A DNA stretch of 64,000 nt from Bacillus subtilis subsp. subtilis str. 168. Its GTDB lineage: Bacteria; Bacillota; Bacilli; Bacillales; Bacillaceae. The position numbers and the translations under genes were made by a program. The stretch spans positions 558,001-622,000 of the forward strand of contig NC_000964.3 of the NCBI RefSeq assembly GCF_000009045.1. Reading direction: 5' to 3'. Shown here piece after piece: positions 29,157-38,477 of the stretch. The notes beneath the pieces were generated by a model. That model searched no databases. It was given only the letters and a program-made list of their open reading frames with translations, and was not told the DNA's origin. Positions within the stretch are counted from its first letter, which is position 1, and every line of letters begins with the position of its first letter.

Positions 29157-29330
29157 TCAGCGTCTTTTGGAAAGAAGCTTCTTTGAATAAAAATAAGGGT
29201 AGCCAGCAATGATGAGTGGAGCTGCTAATGCAAGCAGTATCCATGAGCCTGATTGGCTGTCTCTAGTGACTCTAATGAATATATAAGTACCGATCAGAAA
29301 ATATAATAAAGCACCTAGAAACCAATACAT
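29157..29330 (-). CDS. ydzP: 57-aa two-TM membrane microprotein (MYWFLGALLYFLIGTYIFIRV...YSKKLLSKRR)
   Basis: Read by hand; ATG behind GAGGAA, two hydrophobic helices, basic tail; below the ORF-track cut-off. Confidence 0.75.
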   Translation of the reverse strand: MYWFLGALLYFLIGTYIFIRVTRDSQSGSWILLALAAPLIIAGYPYFYSKKLLSKRR

Positions 29331-29332
29331 GT

Positions 29333-29476
29333 TCATTCCTCTTTTTCCTTGCTTTTTGGTTGCGCATTTTTGTCTGTCATATGGCTTAATCGATCAGGGT
29401 TCTGATTTTTTAATACCTTTTCGGTCCGGATTCCTTTTCTCTTTAATGATAAAATTGTGAGATCAATCGATTTCAA
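29333..29476 (-). CDS. ydzQ: 47-aa basic soluble microprotein (MKSIDLTILSLKRKG...KSKEKEE)
   Basis: TTG start behind GAAGGA; stop lies 2 nt before the ydzP ATG. Confidence 0.55.
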   Translation of the reverse strand: MKSIDLTILSLKRKGIRTEKVLKNQNPDRLSHMTDKNAQPKSKEKEE

Positions 29477-29544
29477 TGATGATCATTCCTTCAATGAATA
29501 GTAAGTTCCTTATGATTTTAAAGGTAAATTTGAAAAGATAAAAC

Positions 29545-29579
29545 GTACATAGAGGCAGAACGTTCATGTACGTTTGGGC
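29545..29579 (-). promoter_or_regulatory. YdfI-box copy facing ydzQ-ydzP
   Basis: GCCCAAACGTAC (29568-79) and GCCTCTATGTAC (29545-56) on the minus strand, 24 nt before TAAAAT (29515-20). Confidence 0.65.
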
Positions 29580-29743
29580 AATGATCACTTGTTGGAAACT
29601 CTAATGTTTCCCTGCACCTGATATTGTTGTGTTCCTTCTCTTCCTATAAAATGATTGGATACATGTATGTTTGCACGTTGAAATATGGGTTCGATTTTCA
29701 TGAATCTCTATTCGGTGAAACAGGTAAAGGAAGTGGATAAGGT

Positions 29744-30967
29744 TTGCTTATAAGGAATCCTTTTAAAGATAAATATTACTCACATGATAGGCGGGCATTA
29801 AACATGCTTGCACTCAGAGTGCCGGGCCTGGCTTTTATTCTCATGATCTATATAGCCTCTATCGTGCTGCAATTTGTTTCTGGGGGCTGGTCCATTTTAT
29901 TGCTTTATGCGTTTACCATATTAATCGCCATTTTTGCTTTGCTTCATTGGCACTCATATCGCTGGGTTAAGAAAAGAGTGATTCTGTATTTCGCGGTACA
30001 AGGTTTGATCACCTTTGCACTTGCTAATCTCATGACTGGCTTCTTTATACTTGTGATTATCGGCCTTTATGCATTTTTAATTGGACAAATTATAGGAATG
30101 GCAGACAGAAGAAGGACTTTTCTCATTCTTTATCTATTGCTGCTGCTGGTCATAAATTCGGCGTATCACCTTCATAAAGGTGAAGTTTTGCATTTTATTG
30201 TTATTGCTGCGCCGATCATGATTGTCATCATCACTTATGCCGCAACATTTTTTGCCCAAGTCGATGAAAAAATAAAAGCTCAATTGACTCTTGAAAGGCT
30301 GGAGCTGGCTCATCAGCAGGTAGAACAGCTGACGCTGCAGAACGAAAGACAGCGGATGGCCCGAGACTTACACGATACGCTTGCTCAAGGTCTTGTCAGT
30401 TTAAATATGCAGCTGGATGCGATTCATGTTCATCTCGCCAAAGGCAACACAGAGAGAGCGAAGGAAATCATACAACAATCGATGAAAAGAGTGAAAAGCA
30501 CAATAGCTGATGCACGTTCAGCTATTGACGATCTCCGCAGCAAATCAGAAGAAATCGGTGTTTTAAAAGAAAGAATTACCTCGCTAATGGATCATTTTAT
30601 AGAGTCGACAGGCATGGCTTGTTTATTAGATTACAGATTGCATCAGGTGCTGGATGTGCGTACAGCTGAAAACTGTTATTACATCATTGGAGAATGCATG
30701 ACGAATGCGGCAAAGCATGCTGAGGCGAAAACAATCTGGATATCCATTTGGGATGATGAAAAGGGAAGGCTCCATTTAACAGTTAAGGATAACGGCAAGG
30801 GATTTGATGTTGAAAAAGGAAAGAAAAAGAGAGGACATTATGGGCTTCTTGGCATACAAGAACGCGTCAGGGCAATAAATGGCCAATTCAATATCAAGAG
30901 TACAAAATTGAAAGGAACACAAATTGAGATCACTGTACCAATTCAGGGAGAGATGCAAGATGAATAA
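29744..30967 (+). CDS. ydfH: Membrane sensor histidine kinase (HisKA_3, NarX/DesK-like)
   Basis: ERQRMARDLHDTLAQ H-box, NAAKHA, DNGKGF, GHYGLLGIQER. Confidence 0.95.
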   Translation: MLIRNPFKDKYYSHDRRALNMLALRVPGLAFILMIYIASIVLQFVSGGWSILLLYAFTILIAIFALLHWHSYRWVKKRVILYFAVQGLITFALANLMTGFFILVIIGLYAFLIGQIIGMADRRRTFLILYLLLLLVINSAYHLHKGEVLHFIVIAAPIMIVIITYAATFFAQVDEKIKAQLTLERLELAHQQVEQLTLQNERQRMARDLHDTLAQGLVSLNMQLDAIHVHLAKGNTERAKEIIQQSMKRVKSTIADARSAIDDLRSKSEEIGVLKERITSLMDHFIESTGMACLLDYRLHQVLDVRTAENCYYIIGECMTNAAKHAEAKTIWISIWDDEKGRLHLTVKDNGKGFDVEKGKKKRGHYGLLGIQERVRAINGQFNIKSTKLKGTQIEITVPIQGEMQDE

Positions 30968-31601
30968 GGTTTTAATCGTTGATGACCATCTTGTCGTGAG
31001 GGAAGGTCTGAAGCTTTTAATTGAAACGAATGATCAATACACCATTATAGGAGAGGCGGAAAATGGAAAAGTAGCAGTCCGTCTTGCAGATGAATTAGAA
31101 CCGGATATCATTCTGATGGATTTGTATATGCCGGAGATGAGCGGGTTAGAGGCCATTAAACAAATAAAAGAAAAACACGATACCCCCATCATTATTTTGA
31201 CTACATATAATGAAGATCACTTAATGATCGAAGGGATTGAATTAGGAGCGAAAGGATATCTGTTAAAAGATACGAGTTCAGAAACCCTTTTTCACACAAT
31301 GGATGCAGCCATCAGAGGAAATGTGCTATTGCAGCCTGATATCCTTAAACGTCTGCAAGAAATCCAATTTGAGCGGATGAAAAAGCAGCGCAATGAGACG
31401 CAGCTGACAGAAAAGGAAGTCATTGTTCTAAAAGCAATTGCTAAAGGTCTTAAAAGCAAAGCGATTGCCTTTGATTTGGGCGTCTCTGAGCGAACAGTAA
31501 AGTCCAGATTAACGTCCATTTACAATAAATTAGGCGCGAATTCAAGAACTGAGGCAGTAACGATTGCCATGCAAAAAGGTATTCTGACAATAGACAACTA
31601 A
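30960..31601 (+). CDS. ydfI: NarL/LuxR-family response regulator
   Basis: VLIVDDH, ILMDLYMP, LTEKE..LuxR HTH; ATG overlaps the ydfH stop. Confidence 0.95.
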   Translation: MNKVLIVDDHLVVREGLKLLIETNDQYTIIGEAENGKVAVRLADELEPDIILMDLYMPEMSGLEAIKQIKEKHDTPIIILTTYNEDHLMIEGIELGAKGYLLKDTSSETLFHTMDAAIRGNVLLQPDILKRLQEIQFERMKKQRNETQLTEKEVIVLKAIAKGLKSKAIAFDLGVSERTVKSRLTSIYNKLGANSRTEAVTIAMQKGILTIDN

Positions 31602-31619
31602 ACTGCATATTTGAAAATT

Positions 31620-31674
31620 GCCCAAACGTACATGCCCGAATGTACGTTTTTTTCATTTCATTGTCAACTACAAT
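31620..31674 (+). promoter_or_regulatory. YdfI tandem-repeat binding site and -10 of ydfJ
   Basis: GCCCAAACGTAC-AT-GCCCGAATGTAC, then 23 nt to TACAAT; matches the reported YdfI site as I recall it. Confidence 0.8.
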
Positions 31675-31716
31675 GAGAAAGAATGTGATCAAGCAATGTG
31701 TTGAAAGGAGATTATC

Positions 31717-33891
31717 ATGTCAAAAATGTTATATACATTAGGAGGATGGGTTGCTCGCAATCGCATAAAAGCAATATGTGCGTGGATCGTTGTGTTAGTT
31801 GCTGCGATAGGCCTTGCAGTGACCTTGAAACCAAGTTTTTCTGAGGATATGTCCATACCTGACACACCTTCGGAAAAAGCGATGGATGTGATTCAAAAAG
31901 AATTTCCTCATGGTCCTGATAAAGGGAGCATACGGGTTATTTTCGGTGCTGGTGATGGGGAGAAACTTACTGGGAAGCCAGCAAAAAAAGCAATAGAAGA
32001 TACGTTCAAAGAAATCAGTAAAGATGATTCTGTTGACTCGATTGCAAGTCCTTTTGTGACAGGGACAATCGCGAAAGATGGCACAGTTGCCTATGCTGAT
32101 ATCCAGTATAAATCATCAGCAGATGATATAAAGGATTACTCTATCAAACACTTAAAAGACAGTTTGAAAATGGCTGATGATGAAGGATTGCAAACTGAGC
32201 TAAGCGGAGATGTACCGGGAGCGGAGATGGAGATAGGCGGTGTCTCTGAAATTGTCGGCATTATCTTGGCTTTTGTCGTTTTAGCCATTACATTCGGTTC
32301 TTTATTAATAGCAGGTTTGCCGATTTTAACTGCACTGATTGGTTTAGGTGTAAGTATTGGACTGGTTTTGATTGGGACACAAGTATTTGATATTGCTTCT
32401 GTCAGTCTTTCATTAGCCGGAATGATTGGCCTTGCTGTTGGTATTGATTATGCTTTATTTATTTTTACGAAACACCGCCAGTTTTTAGGCGAAGGCATAC
32501 AAAAGAATGAATCAATTGCGAGAGCCGTGGGAACAGCGGGAAGTGCAGTGGTTTTTGCCGGACTTACTGTTATCGTTGCACTTTGCGGATTAACTGTCGT
32601 TAACATTCCTTTTATGTCTGCGATGGGGCTGACAGCAGGGCTTAGTGTACTGATGGCTGTTTTGGCTTCCATCACACTTGTGCCTGCGGTCTTATCGATT
32701 GCAGGGAAGCGGATGATTCCGAAATCAAACAAGAAAATAGAAAAACAAAGCACTGAAACAAATGTCTGGGGACGCTTTGTCACCAAAAATCCTATCATGC
32801 TAAGTGTATGCAGCATTCTGATTTTGATCGTCATTAGTATCCCATCTATGCATTTGGAACTGGGCTTGCCTGATGCTGGGATGAAAGCTAAGGATAATCC
32901 GGATCGCCGGGCATATGACTTGCTTGCCGAAGGCTTTGGAGAAGGATTTAATGGCCAATTAACAATCGTAGCGGATGCCACAAATGCTACAGAAAATAAG
33001 GCGGAGGCTTTCGCAGATGCAGTGAAAGAAATAAAGGGCTTAGACCATGTAGCAAGTGTCACTCCTGCAATGCCTAATAAAGAAGGGAACTTTGCCATCA
33101 TTACGGTCGTTCCTGAAACAGGTCCAAATGATGTCACAACGAAAGATTTGGTACATGATGTACGCAGTTTATCAGATAAAAACGGAGTAGATTTGCTTGT
33201 TACTGGATCAACTGCAGTGAATATTGACATTTCAGATCGCCTGAATGATGCGATACCGGTGTTTGCTGTACTTATTGTTGGCTTTGCGTTTGTATTGCTG
33301 ACCATCGTTTTCCGTTCGCTGCTTGTGCCGCTTGTTGCTGTTGCAGGTTTCATGTTGACGATGACAGCCACTCTTGGAATCTGTGTATTTGTCTTGCAAG
33401 ACGGGAATCTCATCGACTTTTTCAAAATACCTGAAAAAGGGCCGATACTCGCGTTCCTGCCGATTTTATCGATTGGGATTCTGTTCGGGTTAGCCATGGA
33501 TTATCAAGTATTCCTTGTCAGCAGAATGCGTGAAGAATATGTAAAAACAAACAATCCAGTACAAGCCATTCAGGCTGGATTAAAACACAGTGGTCCTGTT
33601 GTTACAGCAGCCGGCTTGATCATGATCTTCGTTTTTGCAGGATTTATCTTTGCAGGCGAAGCTTCTATTAAAGCCAATGGGCTGGCTCTTTCCTTTGGTG
33701 TACTCTTTGATGCCTTTATTGTAAGAATGACACTGATTCCAAGTGTCATGAAGCTGATGGGGAATGCAGCCTGGTATTTGCCGAAATGGTTAGACAAGAT
33801 TATTCCGAATGTGGATATAGAAGGGCATCAACTGACAAAGGAAATACAGCCGGAAATAGATCATGAACAAAAGAAACAAATCAGTGTGTAA
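31717..33891 (+). CDS. ydfJ: MMPL/RND-family transporter
   Basis: GLAVGIDYALF and FGLAMDYQVFL MMPL motifs, two membrane halves. Confidence 0.95.
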   Translation: MSKMLYTLGGWVARNRIKAICAWIVVLVAAIGLAVTLKPSFSEDMSIPDTPSEKAMDVIQKEFPHGPDKGSIRVIFGAGDGEKLTGKPAKKAIEDTFKEISKDDSVDSIASPFVTGTIAKDGTVAYADIQYKSSADDIKDYSIKHLKDSLKMADDEGLQTELSGDVPGAEMEIGGVSEIVGIILAFVVLAITFGSLLIAGLPILTALIGLGVSIGLVLIGTQVFDIASVSLSLAGMIGLAVGIDYALFIFTKHRQFLGEGIQKNESIARAVGTAGSAVVFAGLTVIVALCGLTVVNIPFMSAMGLTAGLSVLMAVLASITLVPAVLSIAGKRMIPKSNKKIEKQSTETNVWGRFVTKNPIMLSVCSILILIVISIPSMHLELGLPDAGMKAKDNPDRRAYDLLAEGFGEGFNGQLTIVADATNATENKAEAFADAVKEIKGLDHVASVTPAMPNKEGNFAIITVVPETGPNDVTTKDLVHDVRSLSDKNGVDLLVTGSTAVNIDISDRLNDAIPVFAVLIVGFAFVLLTIVFRSLLVPLVAVAGFMLTMTATLGICVFVLQDGNLIDFFKIPEKGPILAFLPILSIGILFGLAMDYQVFLVSRMREEYVKTNNPVQAIQAGLKHSGPVVTAAGLIMIFVFAGFIFAGEASIKANGLALSFGVLFDAFIVRMTLIPSVMKLMGNAAWYLPKWLDKIIPNVDIEGHQLTKEIQPEIDHEQKKQISV

Positions 33892-33975
33892 TAGAAAAAG
33901 CAGATCTTTTATGATCTGCTCTTTTGCTTATGGTAGTATTTAGAAGATGAAGTCGGCAGTTAAAAGGAGACGCTT

Positions 33976-34086
33976 ATGGCGCCATCACTCATTTTCGATA
34001 TGGATGGAACTTTGTTTCATATTGGCAGAAGCTGCATCATACTAGCAGGCATCCCAGGAGAAGTGACATGATTTTTTGACTTTGCA
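33976..34086 (+). pseudogene. Collapsed HAD-family hydrolase remnant
   Basis: AAAAGGAGA + ATG, MAPSLIFDMDGTLF (HAD motif I), stop after 31 codons; out-of-frame FDFA at 34075-86. Confidence 0.65.
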
Positions 34087-34302
34087 TTCACTACTTGATG
34101 CCAAGGATCTTGAGAATCCTTCTTGAAAATAAAGGATTTTACAACTGATCATATAAGAAACCTAAAGAAACAAGCACACAAAACCAGCTGCGGGTTTTGT
34201 CCAAGAAAAATAGAGTCCATAAGAGGGACTCTATTTTTTGAAGTGCCCGGCTAGAAGCATATTGCAGGACTTTATGAATGCAAATCACTATCTTATAAGC
34301 CC

Positions 34303-35205
34303 TTACCGTGAAATGCCTGTTTCTGCATTGAAAAAACGCATTACACGTTCATTTACGTAAGTGGGTTGTTCCATCGATAAAACATGTCCGGCATTTTTAA
34401 TGACTTCCGCCTCAATATCTGGAACGAATGAAGAGGCTCGGTGCAGGGCTGAGTGGGGATCATAGATGACTTCATGTTCACCAAGTAATAATAGGATAGG
34501 AACTCTTGCTGAACGTAATTCCTCATCGGTAAAAACATACGGAAATCCGTCGGCATTAGGATTTGGATTTCTTGATCCATCCTGCCACATTACCCCTGCC
34601 TTAAACTGCTTCACAAAAATCGGGTGCAGCACATTCTGATCATTCATCATCCAATTTAAGAATGTTTCAACTCCATTTGACGCTGTAAGGCCAAGAGCGT
34701 ATTTGTAGAAATCGTGATGAAATGGCAAAAACGTTTCTGCCGGACTCAGTATAGCTGCGCTTTTTACTCTCTCAGGCATACGTAAAAGGAAATTCATCGT
34801 ATGGAGACCGCCAAGCGAAAGTCCGATCATGTGGGACTTTTCGATCCCCAGATTGTCAAACACATCAAGAAGCCAATTGGCGTAATCCGTTCTTGTACCG
34901 CTTACATTCTCAGGAATACTCTTGTTTTTATCACCTATGATATCAACTGCATAAGTTCTGTATTTACTGCTCCAATCGGCGATGTTGGGATACCACATCG
35001 TCGAGCTGAATAATGCTCCGTGGAGTAATACAAGCGGCGGGGCATCCTCTGGGCCGCTTGCAATCACATGTGTTTGACCAAAACGAGTAGATATATAGAA
35101 TGATTTACAACGGACCGGCCAAAGACTAAGGCTTTCATTATAAGTTTGATAATAGCGGATACCGTTGTCACTTAATTCGGGAATACTAGATGAATGGTTT
35201 GACAT
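34303..35205 (-). CDS. nap: Carboxylesterase (alpha/beta hydrolase)
   Basis: LLHGA, GLSLGG nucleophile motif, AGHVL. Confidence 0.93.
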   Translation of the reverse strand: MSNHSSSIPELSDNGIRYYQTYNESLSLWPVRCKSFYISTRFGQTHVIASGPEDAPPLVLLHGALFSSTMWYPNIADWSSKYRTYAVDIIGDKNKSIPENVSGTRTDYANWLLDVFDNLGIEKSHMIGLSLGGLHTMNFLLRMPERVKSAAILSPAETFLPFHHDFYKYALGLTASNGVETFLNWMMNDQNVLHPIFVKQFKAGVMWQDGSRNPNPNADGFPYVFTDEELRSARVPILLLLGEHEVIYDPHSALHRASSFVPDIEAEVIKNAGHVLSMEQPTYVNERVMRFFNAETGISR

Positions 35206-35406
35206 ACAAATGCCCCTCCCAATTTTGTTTAAATGAATGTGCCGTTTCGTGATGGGGAATCTGATTTTGATATAACAGACTTTATTTACAATATAATACA
35301 GTTGTTATTAGACGTCAAATCCAAGATGAAAAGGAAAAAAACGATTGAAACAGATTATTGAAAATCAATATAACAGAATATTAACCTCCTTTGTGGAGCC
35401 GCTTCA

Positions 35407-36096
35407 TTAAAACCGCAATCCAAATGCATGAATCACAAAAATCACAACAGGAGGGATCAGGAGGGAAGGCAGCAGATTCAGTGTTTTGAACTTCTTGATT
35501 CCAAGAATGCTTAGACCTGAACTGAGGATGAGTATGCCTCCCACAATTGTGATTTCATTAATAAGGTCTGTATTGATTGCGCTCTCCATTACTTGTGCAA
35601 ATAAATAGATGGAGCCCTGCCAGGAAAATAATACAAGTGCGGCAGCCGCTATTCCAAAACCAAAAGTTGAAGCGAGCACAATGGAGGTGATCCCATCTAA
35701 CATCCCGTTTGTCAGAAGGTATGTATAATCTCCATGCAAAGCGGCTTCAACAGGGCCTAATATTGACAGCGAACCTATACAAAATAATAAGACCGCAGTT
35801 GATAAGCCCTCTGCTAAATTGCTTTTAGAAAATTTGTTCACCAGCTTGTTGAATCGTAATTCTAAATTGATGATCTGGCCTAGCAAACCTCCAATGGCTA
35901 AACTCACGATGAATAGAATGGGGTATTTACTATCAGGCAAATGCTGTGTAATGGCGTTGATCCCCAGTGCGACCGCAGCGAATCCCATTGCCTGCATCAA
36001 AATATCCTGGTATTCATCTTTAATGCCTTTTTTGAATATCCCCCCGATTATGCTTCCTGCAATGATCATCACTGTGTTAAAAATCGTTCCAAACAT
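35407..36096 (-). CDS. ydfK: DUF554-family membrane protein
   Basis: MFGTIFN, LLFCIGSLSILG, GMLDG motifs. Confidence 0.9.
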   Translation of the reverse strand: MFGTIFNTVMIIAGSIIGGIFKKGIKDEYQDILMQAMGFAAVALGINAITQHLPDSKYPILFIVSLAIGGLLGQIINLELRFNKLVNKFSKSNLAEGLSTAVLLFCIGSLSILGPVEAALHGDYTYLLTNGMLDGITSIVLASTFGFGIAAAALVLFSWQGSIYLFAQVMESAINTDLINEITIVGGILILSSGLSILGIKKFKTLNLLPSLLIPPVVIFVIHAFGLRF

Positions 36097-36129
36097 AAGC
36101 TTTCTCCTCCAAAAATCATTCCTGCATAA

Positions 36130-36160
36130 AAAATAAACCCTCTAGTTAGTAGAGAGTCAA
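36130..36160 (-). promoter_or_regulatory. MerR-type promoter of ydfK (TTGACT-19-TATTTT with internal dyad)
   Basis: 19-bp spacer, ACTCTCTA/TAGAGGGT dyad; ydfK is a reported Mta target as I recall. Confidence 0.8.
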
Positions 36161-36185
36161 GGGAGATCAAAACATATTCATGAGA

Positions 36186-36998
36186 TTATTTGATGGGCAG
36201 CAGGATTTCAGTCACGTAATTATCTAGGTTATTCGTAATGCCATAATCAATGAGTGTGATTTCGATTGAGTCCCCTGCTACCTCATAATGATGTTCTTTC
36301 ATATATGCCAGTAATTTTTTGTAGTATGGTTCGGCTTCTGGATGTGACCCTTTAAACCTAATTTGCAGATATTCTCTTGAAGGAAAGATGATTTCTGAAG
36401 AAGTTTTTTCATTTTCATCTTCAAGAATCATAAATATACTGGAATATTTGTCAAACTGTTTTGCTTTCACATTTGCTGCAGAAATGGATAAACCAATCTT
36501 GCCTATGAATATATCTTCGTTTACATTCAGGTGGGTTCTCAATTCAGCTAACGAATGTTCGATATCATGGCCGAGAACATATTCATGCTGCAAATAGGCC
36601 ACACGCATTGCGGGAAGTTTGATTTTTGAAATTTGATGTAACGGCATGTTAACGGCATCTTCTATATGTGTGATGCGTCGGGAGATCTTTCGTTCAATGC
36701 GTTCCAATTCTTTCTTCTTGCGATCAATTTCAACCTGCTGGCTTTTTAGTAAATGAAGAAGAGTGTTTGTATTTTGAGAGTTATAAAAATCAAGAAGCTT
36801 ATTGATTGGCAGGCCTAGGGCCCTCAAATACTTGATGGTATCCAGCCGCTCAAACTGTTGGGTAGAATAATATCTATAGTTCGTTTGCTCATCTTTATAT
36901 TCCGGTTTCAAAAGGCCGATTTCATCATAATACCGAAGAGCAGAGATTTTCACATTGAATAACTTTGACACTTCTCCAATCGAAAAAAATTCCTTCAT
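36186..36998 (-). CDS. ydfL: MerR-family multidrug regulator (BmrR/BltR-like)
   Basis: [26 protein letters not shown]; C-terminal GyrI-like domain. Confidence 0.93.
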
Positions 36999-37035
36999 TC
37001 TAACAACCTTTCTGTCCTATGATTGATATACACAC

Positions 37036-37066
37036 ATTATATAGTACGGCGAGTACTAAAGGTAAA
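37036..37066 (-). promoter_or_regulatory. MerR-type promoter of ydfL (TTTACC-19-TATAAT with TAGTAC-N5-GTACTA dyad)
   Basis: 19-bp spacer with a perfect 6-bp dyad. Confidence 0.65.
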
Positions 37067-37108
37067 GTTTGCAGCATAAAGAAAAAACTCCTTCTAAAAA
37101 GGAGCTTT

Positions 37109-38002
37109 TCATTCTTCGAAATAAGGATTTACATGGATGAGCACTTCTTCTACATCTGAAAACTGTCTTTTGATTTCATTTCGAATTTCGCGGGCAATGT
37201 CGTGTCCCTGCTTAATTGTCAAATCATGATCCAAAGATAAACGGACATCAAGCAATTTATAGTGGCCATGTTCTCGCGCGCGGATTCTATCAATTCGTTT
37301 TACCTGATCACATTGAAAAATAACAGCTTTATATTCCTCTATCAGCTCGGGATCAACACTCTTTTCCATGAGCACATCAACAGACGGCCTGATTAATTCC
37401 ATTGAAATCTTAAAAATGAGGTAAGCAACGATTGCACTGGCAATGGCATCGGCGTACAACAGATAGGACCATCCACGGCTGTTTCCGATGATAGCCAACA
37501 GGACGCCGATAAAAGCGGCAAGAGAGGCAACGATATCGCCTTTATGATCGTACGCAATCGCTATAATCGCTTTGCTGTTCCATTTTTTCCCTTGCTTTAT
37601 AGAATAACGATATAAGATTTCCTTAGCCACGTACGAAATCAGAGCCGCAAACAATGCGCTGTATTGGGGAACGCTTGGCCCTTTAACAAAGGACAGAATC
37701 GCTTCTATGAGGATATAAACGGATACGATCACTAAGATAATTCCTACAATCGCCTCACTAATGACTTCAGCTTTTCCGTGACCAAAAGGATGGTCTTGAT
37801 CGGGCGGTTTATTGGAAATTCCGATCACTGCCAAGACTGCAATCGAAGCAACGACATCTGCCGCGGAATGTATTCCGTCTGCAAACACGGCTTCACTATC
37901 GCCTACCAGCCCAAAAAAGACCTTTCCTGCCATTAAGATCAGATTGGCGATCAATGCAATCAAAGCAACTTTTCTGCTTATTTGTTCTCTTTCACTTGCC
38001 AT
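37109..38002 (-). CDS. mneP: CDF-family Mn(II) efflux pump
   Basis: ADGIHSAADVV, DHPFGHGKAE, HDKGD-type site, VLIHVNP. Confidence 0.93.
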   Translation of the reverse strand: MASEREQISRKVALIALIANLILMAGKVFFGLVGDSEAVFADGIHSAADVVASIAVLAVIGISNKPPDQDHPFGHGKAEVISEAIVGIILVIVSVYILIEAILSFVKGPSVPQYSALFAALISYVAKEILYRYSIKQGKKWNSKAIIAIAYDHKGDIVASLAAFIGVLLAIIGNSRGWSYLLYADAIASAIVAYLIFKISMELIRPSVDVLMEKSVDPELIEEYKAVIFQCDQVKRIDRIRAREHGHYKLLDVRLSLDHDLTIKQGHDIAREIRNEIKRQFSDVEEVLIHVNPYFEE

Positions 38003-38285
38003 TTTTTCCTCCTATAAAACTGCACAAAAAAATAGGAGTGCTCTATATACGCTCTCCGTATCCTTTCCTGTGTAATCACTTTGTTTATCATACCAATTCA
38101 ATTTCGAGTGGGTCTATAGCAACGTTGTTTCCTGTTTACTAATAAATAAGGTGACAGAAAAAAAGTTGGAGCTATGCTAAAAAGGTCATACAGCAAACAA
38201 ATGAGTTCTTATGTAACAACAGTGATGATTCGCTATTAAAATGCTGCCGTCAGTGAAAAATTTCCACCTAATTTTCAAAAACCTA

Positions 38286-38460
38286 TTGACATGAGAAGAT
38301 CTGTATTTTACTATTATCTCATATTCAAGATATTTTAATTTGAGATATTTGGTCGGAAAGATCAGCGATCAAGCGCAACTCTAAGTGTTCAATCGTTGTC
38401 AGTTCTTTTACACAATATTCAATATGATTTTTTATAACATAATATCTCGAATTCGAGATA
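38286..38460 (+). promoter_or_regulatory. mhqNOP promoter (TTGACA-17-TACTAT) with MhqR boxes
   Basis: Perfect TATCTCGAATTCGAGATA 38443-60; variants at 38315-32 and 38330-47. Confidence 0.85.
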
Positions 38461-38477
38461 AAAGGGAGTGTAGCGTA

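Noticed and set aside
29558-29565. GAACGTTC near the YdfI box as a LexA site
   Set aside because: LexA needs GAAC-N4-GTTC; the spacer here is zero. The same applies to the GAACGTTC cores at 20198-20310
32448-33497. 349-aa antisense ORF inside ydfJ
   Set aside because: Lies wholly opposite a well-supported MMPL gene, has no RBS or recognisable motifs, and is typical of shadow ORFs opposite membrane-protein genes
38002-38280. MntR boxes upstream of mneP
   Set aside because: Expected from the literature, but I could not pick out specific sites confidently from the sequence
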